From the NCBI GenBank assembly GCA_048939625.1, contig JBHLPH010000034.1:1-16343 (forward strand): a DNA stretch of 16,343 nucleotides. The letters are read 5' to 3'. The stretch comes from Promethearchaeota archaeon (GTDB lineage Archaea > Asgardarchaeota > Hermodarchaeia > Hermodarchaeales > Hermodarchaeaceae). Shown piece by piece: positions 16,157-16,343 of this stretch; position 1 is the first letter of the stretch; each line of letters starts with the position of its first letter. The translations under genes and the position numbers were made by a program. The notes under the pieces were generated by a model. That model was not told where the DNA came from. It ran no database searches and saw only the letters and a program-made list of their open reading frames with translations.

Positions 16157-16343
16157 GTGTCTAAAATAATGAAAGTTGCTTCATTTTTCTCCCCGTTTTT
16201 CAAATTAAAGAATTATCTGGAAAGAGTCATTTCCCAACCGATAAGACATCATTTCGCACCAAAGCCTTCTGATAGTACGTATGAGCTGAGTAAGTGGAAC
16301 AATGAGGTAAATGTCCAGACAAAGTATGGTTTGGTTCAGGGGT
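16157..16343 (+). CDS. Probable type-B carboxylesterase/lipase, N-terminus only (runs off the window)
   Basis: Not in the ORF track. GGTGAG SD, then GTG 16157 (or ATG 16169), open to the window end: MSKIMKVASFF...SKWNNEVNVQTKYGLVQG. VxTxYGxVxG is the typical first motif of the COesterase family. Confidence 0.6.
   Translation, partial: MSKIMKVASFFSPFFKLKNYLERVISQPIRHHFAPKPSDSTYELSKWNNEVNVQTKYGLVQG

Noticed and set aside
16311-16343. Alternative start MSRQSMVWFRG after GAGGT, reminiscent of the photolyase N-terminal WFR motif
   Set aside because: It is only 11 codons with SD spacing of 2 nt. The longer overlapping frame with the esterase motif explains the region better.
1-16343. CRISPR arrays, tRNA/rRNA genes, transposases, integrases and defence systems
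   Set aside because: No regularly spaced repeats, cloverleaf structures or characteristic protein motifs were seen by eye.

Overview
This is a gene-dense chromosomal window, most likely archaeal. The clues are AAGGT+TATA-type promoters, an archaeal-type FKBP and an archaeal-style histidine kinase C-terminus. The gene mix is reminiscent of Asgard or other anaerobic sediment archaea, which is inference only. From left to right: a 5'-truncated endonuclease IV, a secreted C-terminally anchored protein, a membrane-anchored HEAT-repeat protein, a short FKBP PPIase, a ~16-TM orphan histidine kinase, a small HEAT protein, a small membrane protein, a Cys-rich DUF6144/V4R-like protein, an unannotated histidine-kinase C-terminal relic, a membrane protein, an acyltransferase-3, a small membrane protein and a 4-oxalocrotonate tautomerase homologue. 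These are followed by a translationally coupled minus-strand operon (FAD oxidoreductase / CCG Fe-S protein / FAD oxidoreductase, perhaps plus a small membrane protein). Divergent from it is the start of a probable type-B carboxylesterase that is absent from the ORF track. The best candidate for an uncharacterised system is this esterase plus two-flavoprotein/CCG oxidoreductase unit, whose promoters flank a shared palindrome. No rRNA, tRNA, CRISPR array or mobile element was recognised.
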